The notes: generated from the letters alone by a model not told the origin. A stretch of DNA of 64,000 bases from an uncultured Acidobacteriota bacterium (GCA_963794705.1 CAWCFI010000008.1:8479-72478); one strand, 5' to 3'. Shown: positions 31,956 through 41,735, counted from the stretch's first letter. Program-made: numbers and translations.

Positions 31956-32662
31956 TGCGGCAGGCGGCAGGCGATCGTGATCAGGACCGGATATCGCGCG
32001 TCGTATACGTCCAGCTCGGGGGCGCTCAGCTCCTCGGTCGCGAGGCCGAGTTGCGAGGCGGTCGCGGCGAGACAGTTGCCGTGGCCGTTGACGTCGATGG
32101 AGGCCGATGGCCAGGCGGAGGCGAGCCGATCGCGCCAGCCGTCCGGGGTCAGCCTCGAGTACTCGGGTGCGTCGCCGGTCAGCGGGATCAAGCCGGCGGC
32201 CGACGCGAGGATGGTGCCGCCGGGGCGTACGATCCGTCGCGCCTGCGCCAGTGCGAGGTCGAGTTCGCGCAGGTGCGGCAGCGTATTGGGCAGCAGCAGA
32301 CAGTCGTACGACGCGCTGGGGATGACGTCCTCGCAGTGTGCGAAGTCGCAGAGATGGGTCGGGCTGAACTCTGCCGCGATGTCAAAGCTGTCGGCCCGCT
32401 TCACTCCACGGCCGAAGCGTTCTGTGTACGACGTCGTCTGCACTTCGAGCACGTCGCCGGCGATGTGATCACGATGCGCAGACAGGAACCGGTGCAGGTA
32501 GTAGCGATCGACCGGCGTGCCGCGCTCGAATCCGAAGACCGCGGAGAACGGCGCCGTCCGCCGGAGATTCCCCCAACGGGGTATCGGATGGCCGCGCCAG
32601 AGGCACCGCGCAAGCACCGTGGCTCGCGGACCGGCCCATCGCTTCGCGGTCTCGACCATCAT
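31952..32662 (-). CDS. Class I SAM-dependent methyltransferase-like protein
   Basis: FGFERGTPVDRYY, GDVLEV and RIVRPGGTIL. The ATG overlaps the upstream stop. Confidence 0.75.
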   Translation of the reverse strand: MMVETAKRWAGPRATVLARCLWRGHPIPRWGNLRRTAPFSAVFGFERGTPVDRYYLHRFLSAHRDHIAGDVLEVQTTSYTERFGRGVKRADSFDIAAEFSPTHLCDFAHCEDVIPSASYDCLLLPNTLPHLRELDLALAQARRIVRPGGTILASAAGLIPLTGDAPEYSRLTPDGWRDRLASAWPSASIDVNGHGNCLAATASQLGLATEELSAPELDVYDARYPVLITIACRLPQ

Positions 32663-33837
32663 CGGCGGCGGAAGCCAGACCGAATCATGCGAACCGCCGC
32701 GTTCGGCATCCAGGGCTGATCCAGGCGGCTGCCGTAGGCGAGGCGGGGGTTGACCGGCCGCGGCCGCTTGAGCTCCTGCCACCGCGCAAACAACTGTTGA
32801 TACCCGGCGGTCCGCTGGTCCGCATCGAAGCAGGTCACGACCCGATGCCGGATGGCTCCGCTCATCTCCTCGATCCGCGCACGGTTCCGATCGAGCTGCG
32901 CGATCGCCTCGGCAAACCCTCCGATGTCGCCGACAGCGGGGCGATAACCCGAGACGCCAGCCGTCACGACGTCGGGGATGCCGCTCGCCAGATCGCTGAC
33001 GACCGGTACCACACCGGCAGCGCCCGCCTCGAGCAGGGCGACCGGCAGGCCTTCGCCGCGGCTCGGCATCACGAGCACGTCGTGATCCTCGTACATCCGC
33101 AGCACGTCGGCCTTGTCACGCTGTCCAAACCAGCGTACGTCGCGGCGATCGGCCCATGCGGAACGCAGCGCCTCCTCGTCCGGGCCGGCGCCCTGCAGCG
33201 TCCAGGCCGGATCGACACCGAGCTCTCGCAGCCGCCGGTCGATGAGGGGCAGATCGAGGATGCCTTTGTCTGCTGACAGCCGCCCGACGTACAGCAACCG
33301 CAGCCGGCCGGATGCGGGCCGGCGGACGGACGCCGGAATGTCGACGCCGTACGGCAGCAGAAAAATCGAATCGTGACGATCGGGCAGCCGCTCGCGAAGC
33401 TGCTGGGCCATCCGTTCGGTATAGGTGATGAACGCGTCGATCGTGTGCTGATGGCGGACGGCGAGGTCGTAGTAGAAATCGAAGTCGCCATGGTTGATCG
33501 CGTACACCGCGCGGCCGGTGTCGTGGATCGACGTGAGCGCCAGCTCGATCCAGTCGTTGGCCACGATCACGCCGGGGCCGTGGGGAATGGCCCGGGCCAG
33601 CCGGCGCAGCACGGCGTGAACGTTCTCGTTCGGCAGGCGGTAGTCGAACCGCACCTCCCGATCGGCGCCGAGCGGCTCGTCGATCGTCCGATCGTTGTCG
33701 TTGGCGTTCTGCGTCCTGACGGCGGCATAACGGAACCCATCCGGCCGTCGATGCGACAGCAGATTGGCGACGTAGCTGAACACCCCGCCGAGCTTGTTCG
33801 GCAGCACGTACACGACTTCGGGCTGCATCGTGCTCAC
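32659..33837 (-). CDS. Glycosyltransferase family 4
   Basis: YVGRLSADKG and EGLPVALLEAG. Confidence 0.9.
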   Translation of the reverse strand: MSTMQPEVVYVLPNKLGGVFSYVANLLSHRRPDGFRYAAVRTQNANDNDRTIDEPLGADREVRFDYRLPNENVHAVLRRLARAIPHGPGVIVANDWIELALTSIHDTGRAVYAINHGDFDFYYDLAVRHQHTIDAFITYTERMAQQLRERLPDRHDSIFLLPYGVDIPASVRRPASGRLRLLYVGRLSADKGILDLPLIDRRLRELGVDPAWTLQGAGPDEEALRSAWADRRDVRWFGQRDKADVLRMYEDHDVLVMPSRGEGLPVALLEAGAAGVVPVVSDLASGIPDVVTAGVSGYRPAVGDIGGFAEAIAQLDRNRARIEEMSGAIRHRVVTCFDADQRTAGYQQLFARWQELKRPRPVNPRLAYGSRLDQPWMPNAAVRMIRSGFRRR

Positions 33838-34760
33838 GAGGTGACCGCCATGACCGGCTGCGTCAGCAGCCATGCGATCGTGCGTTCGAGCCCCGCTTTC
33901 AGATCGACGCGTGGCTCGAAGCCGAGCGACCGCACCTTGGTGATGTCGGCGTACCACCGCAGGGTGTCGCCGGCAAACGACTGCCCCGTCGGCCGCACCA
34001 CGATCTCGGGATAGCCCATCATCGTGGCGATGGTGCGGGCGAGCTCGAGCAGCTGCACCGGTTGACCCGAGGCGACGTTGTACTCCTCGCCGGGCGCGCC
34101 CTGGGTCGCCACGATTTCCAGGCCGCGCACCGCGTCGTCGATGAAGAGGTAGTCGCGGACCTGCGTGCCGTCGCCGAAGATCGACAGCTCGCGGTGGTTC
34201 CGCTGAATCTTGCGGACGATGTCATGAATGGCGAAGCGGAACATGCCGACGCCATACACGCTGAAGAGCCGCGCGATGCGCACGTCGAGGCCGTAGGACC
34301 GGTGATAGGCGTGGCAGTAGGCCTCGCCCCCGAGCTTGCCGGCGGCATACGGTGACGTCGGCCGCGGGAACGCCCGCTCGGGAAGGGGCAGCACGTTCGA
34401 CGGATCGAAGATGGACGCCGTCGACGGAAACACCACGCGGCTCCCAGCCTGGCGCGCGGCCTCGAGCACCTCGAACACCCCTCGGAAGGTGTTGTCGAAG
34501 TCATGCCGTGGATTTCTCACCGACGCCGCGACGTCGGCGGACGCCGCCATGTGGAAGACGGTGGTGTGCTCGTCGAGCAGCCCATCGAGCGCGCCCTCCT
34601 GCGCCACGTCGACCAGGCGCACGGCCTGGCCGGCGTCGGGAAACGGCTTGCGATCGACCGCAACGACCCGCCAGCCTCCGGCTCGGAGGTGGCGCACCAG
34701 CGCCGTGCCGATGAAGCCGCTCGCGCCGGTGACGATGGCGCGGCCGGGCATCTCACGCAT
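33834..34760 (-). CDS. NAD-dependent epimerase/dehydratase (UDP-glucose 4-epimerase-like SDR)
   Basis: VTGASGFIG, YAAGK and GDGTQVRDY. Confidence 0.9.
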   Translation of the reverse strand: MREMPGRAIVTGASGFIGTALVRHLRAGGWRVVAVDRKPFPDAGQAVRLVDVAQEGALDGLLDEHTTVFHMAASADVAASVRNPRHDFDNTFRGVFEVLEAARQAGSRVVFPSTASIFDPSNVLPLPERAFPRPTSPYAAGKLGGEAYCHAYHRSYGLDVRIARLFSVYGVGMFRFAIHDIVRKIQRNHRELSIFGDGTQVRDYLFIDDAVRGLEIVATQGAPGEEYNVASGQPVQLLELARTIATMMGYPEIVVRPTGQSFAGDTLRWYADITKVRSLGFEPRVDLKAGLERTIAWLLTQPVMAVTS

Positions 34761-35571
34761 GACGGATCGCCACGCCGATGCCGAAGCCCAGCTCGGTAAA
34801 CGTAAACGTCGAATACGCGGACCGGTGCTCCAGCGCGTCGCGCCAGACGCCCGCCAACTCAGGATGCGACGGATTCGAAATATCGTCGAACACGAGAGCG
34901 CCGCCGACCTTCAGCCGCGGAATCACCGTCTCGAGATCGGCGCGGGCGCCGGCTTCCGAGTGATCGCCGTCGACCGTGATCAGATCGAAGAAACGATCCG
35001 GACGCTGCTCGAAATGGCGCGGCAATACCTGGTGCGAGTCGCCGATCAGGAATTCGAGCGAGCCCGTGAAGCCCACTCGCGCCAACTCGGACGTCACCAG
35101 TTCCTGCCCGGGATTGTCCATGCCGGCGTATCCGTCGATGAACATGTCGCAGGCGAGGATGTCGCACGCCGGACAGACCGAGGCCACCATCGCCAGGCTG
35201 CGGCCACGGCGGACGCCAATCTCGAGATAGCTGCGCGGCTGCAGGCCGGCCGCCAGCGTCATCAGCGCGGTGTTGATGTCCGCGAACCGCCAGTGCTCGG
35301 GATGCCGCTCGAGACCGGCGCGGTAGAACGCCATCACATAATCGGCATACGCGTCTGGGGTCAGGCGCTCGAGCACGGTCAGGGCGCGACGGACGGCGGC
35401 GGGACCGGCCAGCATCGAAGCGCCGAAGGTCGAGGCGCCGGCAATCGCCGGCGCGTACCACTGGTTGCCGGGCGCGAATAGCGTGTTGCCGTCCGCCGCG
35501 GGCGCGGCTTGCCGCGCTCCGCCGTCGCCGCCGCGCAGCGCCCGCTTGACCACGTCTCGAATCATGCTCAT
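34753..35571 (-). CDS. Class I SAM-dependent methyltransferase (Methyltransf_24-like)
   Basis: YLEIGVRRGRS, DLITVDGDHS and GGALVFDD. Confidence 0.85.
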   Translation of the reverse strand: MSMIRDVVKRALRGGDGGARQAAPAADGNTLFAPGNQWYAPAIAGASTFGASMLAGPAAVRRALTVLERLTPDAYADYVMAFYRAGLERHPEHWRFADINTALMTLAAGLQPRSYLEIGVRRGRSLAMVASVCPACDILACDMFIDGYAGMDNPGQELVTSELARVGFTGSLEFLIGDSHQVLPRHFEQRPDRFFDLITVDGDHSEAGARADLETVIPRLKVGGALVFDDISNPSHPELAGVWRDALEHRSAYSTFTFTELGFGIGVAIRHA

Positions 35572-36863
35572 GACACCTGTCCGTCGGTGACGGCGCAGTT
35601 CCACTGCGCCTTGCGGCAGACAATGCCGCGAGTGACGTGCAGTTGATACGGACGCCACGGCCGTTCGGGCTCGACGATTTCGAACTCGAAGGCGTCGGGA
35701 ATCTCGTCGACGTGCTCGAGATAGGGAATGCCGACGAACGCGTTCAGCCGATAGCGACCTGGGATGAACGTCGGACCCGTAAGGCGCGCGGTCAACGTGC
35801 ACGACGGCACCGATGGCAGTTCCCGCCCCTCGTCGTCGACGTTCATGATCGAGAGCAACGGCTGTCCCTGATCCGACAGCACCACCAGCTCGACCACCAG
35901 ACCGCGCAGGCTCGCGCCGCTCGACGAGGCATTGGATAGCTGCAGATCGATCTCGAACACCAGGTCGTTTTCGGGTGGCAGCCCCCGCACCGCGGCGCCG
36001 CGATCGTCGACCAGGCGGATGTCGGTAATCGTCGCCCACCCGGTGCCGCTCCGGCTGCGGGTGTTGAAGCGGCCCACTTCGACCAGCGACTGCTCGGCGG
36101 CCCGATACGTGGTGACGATCTCGCCGATCGCCCCGCTCTGCACCAGGCGGCCCCGGTCCATCAGCAGGCCGCGCGTGCACAGCCGCTGGATCGCTTCCAT
36201 GTTGTGGCTGATGAACAGCACGGTGCGGCCGCGGCGGGCAATGTCGTCCATCTTGCCGAGGCACTTCTTCTGGAATTGCGCGTCGCCGACCGCGAGCACT
36301 TCGTCGACCACCAGAATTTCGGTCTCGAGGTGCGCGGCCACCGCGAACGCCAGCCGCATGTACATCCCGCTCGAGTAGTGCTTGACCGGGGTGTCGATGA
36401 AGCGATCGATCTCGGCGAACGCGACGATTTCGTCGAACTTGCGGTCGATCTCCGCGCGACTCATTCCCAGGATGGCGCCGTTGAGAAAGGTGTTCTCCCG
36501 ACCGGTGAGATCTTCGTGGAAGCCGGTGCCGACCTCGAGCAGCGACCCGATCCGGCCGGTGACGTCGACGAAACCGGTGGTCGGCTCGGTGATTTGCGAG
36601 AGGACCTTCAGCAGGGTCGACTTGCCGGCGCCGTTGCGTCCGATGATGCCGACCACTTCACCCGCGGCCACCTCGAACGACACGTCGTCCAGCGCCCACA
36701 ATGTGTCGCTGTCCTGCTGCGTGTCGGCGGCGCCGAACCGCAGCGCCTTGACGAGGCGCGAGGCGGCGCCGGCAATCGCGTCGCGCGCGGTGCGCGATCG
36801 CACGCGATGGCCGATCGCGTAGCGCTTGCCGAGATGTTCGGCGCGGATGACTGGTTGGGACAT
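35568..36863 (-). CDS. wzt: Polysaccharide ABC transporter ATP-binding protein with C-terminal Wzt_C-like domain
   Basis: GRNGAGKST, YSSGM and ILVVDEVLAVGD, followed by a ~170 aa C-terminal beta-rich domain. Confidence 0.93.
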   Translation of the reverse strand: MSQPVIRAEHLGKRYAIGHRVRSRTARDAIAGAASRLVKALRFGAADTQQDSDTLWALDDVSFEVAAGEVVGIIGRNGAGKSTLLKVLSQITEPTTGFVDVTGRIGSLLEVGTGFHEDLTGRENTFLNGAILGMSRAEIDRKFDEIVAFAEIDRFIDTPVKHYSSGMYMRLAFAVAAHLETEILVVDEVLAVGDAQFQKKCLGKMDDIARRGRTVLFISHNMEAIQRLCTRGLLMDRGRLVQSGAIGEIVTTYRAAEQSLVEVGRFNTRSRSGTGWATITDIRLVDDRGAAVRGLPPENDLVFEIDLQLSNASSSGASLRGLVVELVVLSDQGQPLLSIMNVDDEGRELPSVPSCTLTARLTGPTFIPGRYRLNAFVGIPYLEHVDEIPDAFEFEIVEPERPWRPYQLHVTRGIVCRKAQWNCAVTDGQVS

Positions 36864-37696
36864 CAGATCACGTCGGCAAACGTGCCTTCGAGCCTGCGGA
36901 AATAGATGGCGCCGCCGATCATCGTTGCGGCCACCACCGCCGCAGAGACGGCGGTGATGATCCCCGGGGCAGGACCGCCGGCCAGCGCCCAGCGGAAGCC
37001 CTCGATCACGCCGGCCATCGGGTTGAGCCCGTAGACCGCGCGCCAGCGGCCGGGAACCAGTGAGGCGGGATAGGCCACCGGCGTGGCGAACATCCACAAC
37101 TGCACCACGAACGGCACCACGTAGCGCACATCGCGGTAGCGCACGTTCAGGGCGGCCAGCCAGACGCCGATGCTGGCGGCGGTTCCGATCGCGAGCAGCA
37201 TCAGCGCCGGCAGCCAGACAATGGCCGCGCCGGGCACGATCCGGTACCACGCCATCAAGCCGATCAGAATCACGAAGCCGATCGCGAAGTCGACCAGCGG
37301 CGCGATCACGGCGGCCAGCGGGATGATCAGCCTCGGGAAATACACCTTCGAGATGATGTGTTGATAGCCGCTCAAGGAGGTGCTGGAACCGGAGAGCGCC
37401 GAAGCGAAATAGCTCCACGGCACGAGCGCGATCATCGAGAACACCGGGTACGGCAAGCCGTCGGACGGGACCTTGGCGAGGTGGCCGAAAAAGATCGTGA
37501 ACACCACCATCGTCATCAGCGGCTGCACGATCGCCCAACCGGCGCCCAGCAGCGTCTGCTTGTAGCGCACCTTGATGTCGCGCCAGATGAAGAAGTACAA
37601 GAGCTCGCGGTAGGCCCACATCTCCGAGAGCGTGCGCGTGCTCCAGCCCTGCGAGGGACGCAACCGGCGCGTGATCGGCAGTTCGGCGGCGATCAT
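36863..37696 (-). CDS. wzm: Polysaccharide ABC transporter permease
   Basis: RDIKVRYKQTLLG, KVYFPR, TPVAYP and LNPM, with about 6 TM segments. Confidence 0.93.
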   Translation of the reverse strand: MIAAELPITRRLRPSQGWSTRTLSEMWAYRELLYFFIWRDIKVRYKQTLLGAGWAIVQPLMTMVVFTIFFGHLAKVPSDGLPYPVFSMIALVPWSYFASALSGSSTSLSGYQHIISKVYFPRLIIPLAAVIAPLVDFAIGFVILIGLMAWYRIVPGAAIVWLPALMLLAIGTAASIGVWLAALNVRYRDVRYVVPFVVQLWMFATPVAYPASLVPGRWRAVYGLNPMAGVIEGFRWALAGGPAPGIITAVSAAVVAATMIGGAIYFRRLEGTFADVI

Positions 37697-39556
37697 GCCT
37701 GCCTCAGGAAGGCGCCGAGCACGCCGAGCGCCCAGGCTCGGCTCCAGTGTGCGGCGCCGCGCTGCCAGTCAGCCCACACCGCATCGGCCGCACCCGGTGC
37801 AATCCAGCCGTCGGCGGCGAGCTGGGCCATCCCGGAGCGGACAAACGGCTGCAGATCGCCGGCCATCCACTGCGCGAGGGGCAGCGTAAACCCCTGCTTC
37901 GGCCGATCGACCGCCTCGCGCGGAAGCGGCCGCGCCAGTGTTTCGTGCAGCAGGCGCTTGTTGCGCATCAGCGCCGGGTGCGCGCCGAGATCGGGCCAGA
38001 CGGCGTCGAGCAGCACGTGATCGACCAACGGCACGCGAACCTCGAGACCGTGTGCCATCGACATGACGTCGAGGTCACGCAGCAGCTGCGAGCCAAGGTA
38101 GACGCGGGTCTCGAGCCTCGCCACTTGGCCTTCGAGACTGGACGCGCCGCCGCGGAACAGTTCGGACTCCGCCGTCGCGACACGTGCCGAAGCCGCGGCC
38201 CAGCAATCGCGCAGGGCGGGTCCCGCCATCCGCTCGACCTCAGCTGGCATGTAGAGACCGCGCTGGGTCCGGTAGGCCGCGTCCATCTTTCCATTGCCGG
38301 TCATGAAATGCTGCCATCGATGAGTCAGGCGTTCCGGCAGCATGACTGCAACAGCCGGCGTCATCGCCGGGACGAGCGGGGCCATCCGCTTCTTCCAGCG
38401 CATCGCCGAGGGCAGGCGCGTGAAAGACGGATAGCCGCCGAACAGCTCGTCGCCGCCGGCGCCGGAGAGCACCGTCTTGATGCCGGTATCCGCCACCGCG
38501 GCCGACACGTAGTACGAGTTCACCGCGTCGAGCGTCGGCTGATCCAGCCGCGCGAGAATTCCGGGAAGGTCGCTGACGATGCGCGAGGCATCGAGCACCA
38601 GCTCGTGATGCGTCGCGCCGAACGCCGACGCCACCAGTCGCGCGTATTCGTGTTCGGATGAACGATCGTCGAACCGGACGGTATACGTATTGAGTCCGGA
38701 GTAGCCGCCGTTTGAAGCAGCAGACAGGATCGCCGAGGAGTCGATCCCTCCGGAAAGGAACACGCCGACGGGAACGTCGGCCACGAGGTGCGCCGCAACG
38801 CTCTGCTGCACCGCGGCGCCGACGCGCTCGCGCAGCTCCGGCTCGGTGCAGCCTGAATGCGGACGAGCGTAGGTTGCGGTGATGTCGGCAAAGGCGTGAC
38901 GCGCACAGCTCCCGTCCTGGGACCACCGCATCCAGGTTCCGGCCGGCAGGCTCTCGACGCCCGAGAGATAGGTCAGCGACGGCGGCACCGTGCCCCAGGA
39001 CAGAAATCCCAACACGCCTGCCGGATCGACTGCGCGATCGACCAGGCCCGCGCGACACCAGCGCGTGAATCTCCGACGCGAACGCGATCGAACGATCGGC
39101 TGCCGCCACGTACAACGGCTTGATGCCGAATCGATCGCGTGCCAGGACCAGCGCACGCTCCTGCGAATCCCACCACGCGAGCGCGAACATGCCGCGGATC
39201 TGCGCCAGCGCCGCCGGACCATCCAGCGTCAGTAGCCGCAGCAGGACCTCGGTGTCGCTGCCGGTCGTGAAGCACTCGCCCCGCAGCTCGAGCGAGCGCC
39301 GCAGATCCCGGAAGTTGTAGACCTCGCCGTTGAACACAATCTGGTGGCGGCCGTCGGGCGTCGCCATGGGCTGCGCGCCGGAGGGACCGGGATCGATGAT
39401 GGCGAGACGGGTATGCACCAGCAGCGCGTCCTGGCCGGGCGCGCGCCACACGCCGCGGCCATCAGGACCCCGGTGCGCGAGCGCGGCGACCAGCGCCGCC
39501 GATGGATCCGGCGTGATCGCGCCGTCGCGGCGCACCACGCCGGCGAGGCCGCACAT
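37693..39556 (-). CDS. asnB: Asparagine synthase (glutamine-hydrolysing) family amidotransferase (frameshift near 39050)
   Basis: MCG N-terminal nucleophile, HRGPDG, NGEVYN, RDRFGIKPLY, FLSGGIDSS, SGAGGDELFGGY and KQGF. In this context it probably amidates sugars. Confidence 0.9.
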
Positions 39557-40473
39557 CAGAAGAACCGTGACTTCACTTTGATTTCGTCGTTCGGCTGGAC
39601 CTTGTCTTCCATCCTGGCGGGGATCTCGACCGATCTGCCGCTCTCGCTGCGGATGATGGTGAGGCGCCGATCGGAGCCACGGTCGTTGAGCCCGCCCGCG
39701 AGGATGATCGCCTGAGCCACGGTCGTGCCGGTGTCGAGCACGAACGAGCCAGGATTCTTGATGAAACCGGAAATGTAGAACCGCTTGGCGATCGGAACGT
39801 TGACGATGTCGCCGTCCTGCAGCACGAGATCGCGGCCGACCTTGCCGAGCTCCAGGTCCTTGCGATTCACCATGATCGGCTCAGGCGCGCGCTCGCCCGG
39901 CTTCGGCGGATGCATGACCAGCACGTCGTTGCTGGCGTTCTGGGTCGGCGATCCCGCCAACGCCAGCGCTTCCAGGAGCGACATCGTGGTGCCCGGCAGC
40001 GTCACCTTCCCGGGAGTGCGTACTTCGCCGGTCACCAGGACACTGCGCGCCTTGAACTGATCGACCTCGATGCGCACCTGCGGGTTGACCAGGTAGCCGG
40101 CCTTCAGCATCTTGGTGATCTTGTCTTGCGCGTCGGCCAACGACAGCCCGGCGAGCGGGACTCGGCTGAGATACGGCATCGAGATCGTGCCGTCGGAGTC
40201 GACCCGGTACTTCCCCGTCAATTCCGCCTCGTCGGACACGATGATGGAAAGGTTGTCCTGCGGCCCGATGACGTAACCCTCGGCGGGCGTCAACGCCTCG
40301 GTCTTGGGCACTCCGGATCCTTCAGGCTTGGGAATCTCGAAGTCCGGCTTGTAGGTCGTGCCGGTCGGCGGCGGCTGCTGCGGCGCCTGCGGCGTCTGTG
40401 GTGACGGCGCGGCGAACGCGGCGCCGGCGACCATGGTCAAGGCGATGGCGACGAGGAATGAGTTCTTGCGCAT
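39556..40473 (-). CDS. wza: Polysaccharide export (OPX) protein, Poly_export plus two SLBB domains, short form
   Basis: Sec signal peptide without a lipobox Cys, then YVIGPQD, VDSDGTISMPYL, TGEVRTPG and AGG motifs. It ends IKVKSRFF. Confidence 0.85.
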   Translation of the reverse strand: MRKNSFLVAIALTMVAGAAFAAPSPQTPQAPQQPPPTGTTYKPDFEIPKPEGSGVPKTEALTPAEGYVIGPQDNLSIIVSDEAELTGKYRVDSDGTISMPYLSRVPLAGLSLADAQDKITKMLKAGYLVNPQVRIEVDQFKARSVLVTGEVRTPGKVTLPGTTMSLLEALALAGSPTQNASNDVLVMHPPKPGERAPEPIMVNRKDLELGKVGRDLVLQDGDIVNVPIAKRFYISGFIKNPGSFVLDTGTTVAQAIILAGGLNDRGSDRRLTIIRSESGRSVEIPARMEDKVQPNDEIKVKSRFF

Positions 40474-40489
40474 GATGTCGTTCCGTTCG

Positions 40490-41504
40490 CTACTCGGAAA
40501 CCCGCACGAGCGGGATCCCCAGCTGCCGAGCCTTTCTATAGAGGTTGGGCCGTTGAATACCCAGCGCCTGGGCGGCAGGCGCCATCCGCCAGTCGTGATG
40601 CTGAAGCACGGAGGCGATGTAGTCGCGCTCGAACCGCTGCCGCGCCTCGCGCAGGTTGCCCGACGGCACGAACGGCGAGTGGGCCCGGTGCAGTTGCAGC
40701 ACGGGGAGGACGTGCTCGATCTGGATGACGTCCTCGACTCCGGTCGCGACGACGCGCTCGATCGCGGTGCGCAGCTGTTCGAGATTGCCGGGCCAGGTCA
40801 CCGCACCAAGCAGCGCGAGCGCCGCCTGCGTGAAGCTGCGGGCCGGGCGTCCGGCCGCGGCACAGGCATCGTCCAGCAGCCGCGCCGCCAGCGCCGGCAC
40901 GTCGTCCGGACGATCGCGCAGCGGCGGCAGATCGATGCGAACGCTGGACAGCCGTCGGTACAGGTCGGCGCGAAAGCGGTGAGCATGCACGTCGCCGTCG
41001 ATGCCCGGCTGCGCGCTCGCGATGAAGCGCAGCTCGGTGGCGACCGGCGCGCCGTCGATGCGCACTTCGCCGTCGCGCGCGATCCGGGCCAGCTGCGCCT
41101 GGGTCGACGCGCGCAGCTCGGTGACGCCATGCAGGTACAGCGCGCCGCCGCGCGCCGCGGCGATGCAGCTGTCGGCGGCGACCGATTCGAGGTCGGTCGC
41201 CGCGTCAGGCGCGCGGAGTGCCGAACAACAGGCGATCGACGCTGGCCGGATCGCCGGCGTCGCAGCGCACGGAAACATACGGCGAGCTCGGCGTGCGTCC
41301 GCGCTGATGGAGCTCGCGGGCCACGGCTTCGATGTCGGCGCCGGCTTCGGCGGTGATCAGCGCGCCGCCGTCCACGGTCGCGCCGCGCCGGATCATCTCC
41401 TGCACGCGAACGATCGCCGCCGATCGGCCGAGCAGTTCGACCGCGCCCTCGCCGGGTCGGACGAAGCGTGCGGCTCGGTCGGCAAGGATGAGCGGGTCTG
41501 CCAT
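40490..41504 (-). CDS. Atypical NtrC/Fis-family regulator: degenerate AAA+ domain plus C-terminal HTH (frameshift near 41215)
   Basis: Retains LLGRS, FRADLYRRL, LPPLRDRPDDV, WPGNLEQL and the HTH AAQALGIQRPNLYRK. Walker A, Walker B and GAFTGA are degenerate. An alternative start lies at 41603. Confidence 0.85.
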
Positions 41505-41613
41505 TGATTGCACTCGGGTTGGCTCGGTTGGATGCAGCTCCGCCCCGTCACTCACAGATGAGCGACGAGACGGGCCGCGCTTGGACTCACCGTTAACGGA
41601 CATATGACGACTT

Positions 41614-41642
41614 AATATGACATTAACGACCGATTGTGTCAA
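41614..41642 (-). promoter_or_regulatory. sigma70-type promoter of the glycan operon
   Basis: TTGACA-17 nt-CATATT with an extended -10 TG, in an AT-rich patch. Confidence 0.65.
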
Positions 41643-41706
41643 GACCGATACTGCCTCAAGGCGTGGCAGATACAGCCCGACTCCTGATCAATCGTGGTCA
41701 ACAGTC

Positions 41707-41735
41707 CGTAAGCAGTTGTTTTACAGTGCTTTACG
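41707..41735. promoter_or_regulatory. Imperfect dyad / IHF-like site upstream of the glycan operon
   Basis: CGTAAGCAGTTGTTTTACAGTGCTTTACG, with paired elements CGTAA/TTACG, GCA/TGC and TGT/ACA. Confidence 0.4.

Noticed and set aside
41660-41680. sigma54 promoter (TGGCA...)
   Set aside because: There is no TTGC at -12, and it faces away from the operon.
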